A model generated the notes under the pieces. That model worked only from the letters and a program-made list of their open reading frames with translations. It searched no databases and had not been told where the DNA came from. A stretch of 56,691 nt of DNA. It comes from Vitrella brassicaformis CCMP3155. Taxonomy: Eukaryota > Protista > Chromerida. Where the stretch lies: the NCBI GenBank assembly GCA_001179505.1, contig CDMY01000533.1, positions 1 to 56,691 on the forward strand, given 5' to 3'. Made by a program: the position numbers and the translations under genes. Position 1 is the stretch's first letter. The number at the start of each line of letters is the position of its first letter. Of this stretch, positions 55,824-56,691 are shown one piece after another.

Positions 55824-55853
55824 AGGGTTTGAAACCCTTACCCTGTAACCCTA
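55824..55853. promoter_or_regulatory. Telomere-like/telo-box-like palindrome AGGGTTT-G-AAACCCT plus two degenerate ACCCT units
   Basis: The sequence is directly visible between divergent genes; its function is inferred. Confidence 0.3.
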
Positions 55854-56084
55854 GCAGAAACTTGTCCACTCTGAGGTACGTTTGCGCCTGTCTATTCCTT
55901 CATGCAGATCTTCAGCACTTGCTGCATATCGGAGGGACGGCATTGAATGAATGAGTGAATGATTCATCACTGTGGTCTCTGCTGGGCTCGTGTGCGTGCC
56001 GCCACAGGTGCTCAGCATTTGACCCGAACGATTGGCGACTCTCCCCACCCGAACGAACGCCGCTATTCAGCCGTGGGAAGGGCC

Positions 56085-56691
56085 ATGTTCAAGCTGGGCT
56101 GCCGGAGGGCACCGCAACTGTTTGGTGCAGAGTGCCCCAGCTCTGCCTTGACGAAGGTGAGGAAACTGAACGGGTTTAGCCCTCCGATGCGCTGCAGCAT
56201 CACTGTCACGTTGTTTTGTGTGTCCGTCAGATGTATCGTCCCCGACTGTCCCCCCTCATTCTCCAAACAGCACACCCCCTCGGCCACACTTTGCCACTCA
56301 CCCGCCACTGTCGCCCACCGACGAGCCGCCATTTCCCCGCAGCTGCCTTCTTCACCACCGTCCGGGGCAGTGCTGAGCAGCGGACGACTGGACAACACAA
56401 CTCCGGCAGCAAGGCGGCCGATGATGAGATTCTGTTCACTCCCCTCGACCCGGGTACTGAGCCGTTGGACCATGAGCCGTCGCTGCCCGACGTGACTGAA
56501 GCGGATCTTGAAGGCATTTCCAAGGGCATCTATGGCGTCGAGTACCTGTCGGAGGCGCCGTCCAGCCAGCAGCTCAGCTACCCACCAGAGGGCATCGTCT
56601 CTGGCTCTTGCCGGCGAATGTTCATCAACCTCGTGTGTGTTCGACGGCCTTTTGAGGGGGAGGCCTCACCCCCGCCCCCCATCAACGTGGT
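56085..56691 (+). CDS. Hypothetical protein with mitochondrial presequence-like N-terminus, truncated by window end
   Basis: Exon MFKLGCRRAPQLFGAECPSSALTK (gtgagg donor), then an open frame from 56231 MYRPRLSPLILQTAHP...DDEILFTPLDPGTEPLDHEPSLPDVTEADLEGISKGIYGVEY... with no stop before 56691. Confidence 0.6.

Noticed and set aside
56063-56529. Minus-strand ORFs (MVQRLSTRVEG..., MPLEMPSRS...)
   Set aside because: Antisense to a better plus-strand frame that stays open to the window end.

Overview
Intron-rich, GC-rich eukaryotic genomic DNA with two 300-N gaps. Introns are short (~55-130 nt), mostly GT-AG with a few GC-AG, and often carry CA/GT/CAGA microsatellites. The gene content (flagellar DAW1, a helical-repeat/RAP protein, bipartite plastid-type leaders, a vWA+TSR adhesin) suggests a photosynthetic alveolate such as a chromerid (Vitrella-like); this is an inference. 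Gene models were spliced by eye. In order: a TKL kinase-ankyrin gene head-to-head with an ankyrin-calpain-7-like protease; three copies of an unknown plastid-leader coiled-coil gene within a mosaic of local duplications, including a 574-bp insertion with an 8-bp TSD; DAW1 head-to-head with a RAP-domain gene; a multipass membrane protein; a secreted ricin-B trefoil lectin (plus a decayed copy) head-to-head with plastid-type TlyA; a 15.6-kb gene for a giant type-I membrane adhesin; a divergent kinase with an apparent frameshift; ETFA; a BolA protein; and two poorly resolved genes. The adhesin is the most notable element: signal peptide, PAN, vWA, 3 TSR, a bacterial-type module, ~14 SbsA/Big_5-like Ig repeats, PAN, a zona-pellucida-C-like domain flanked by RRLQ motifs, TM and an acidic tail.
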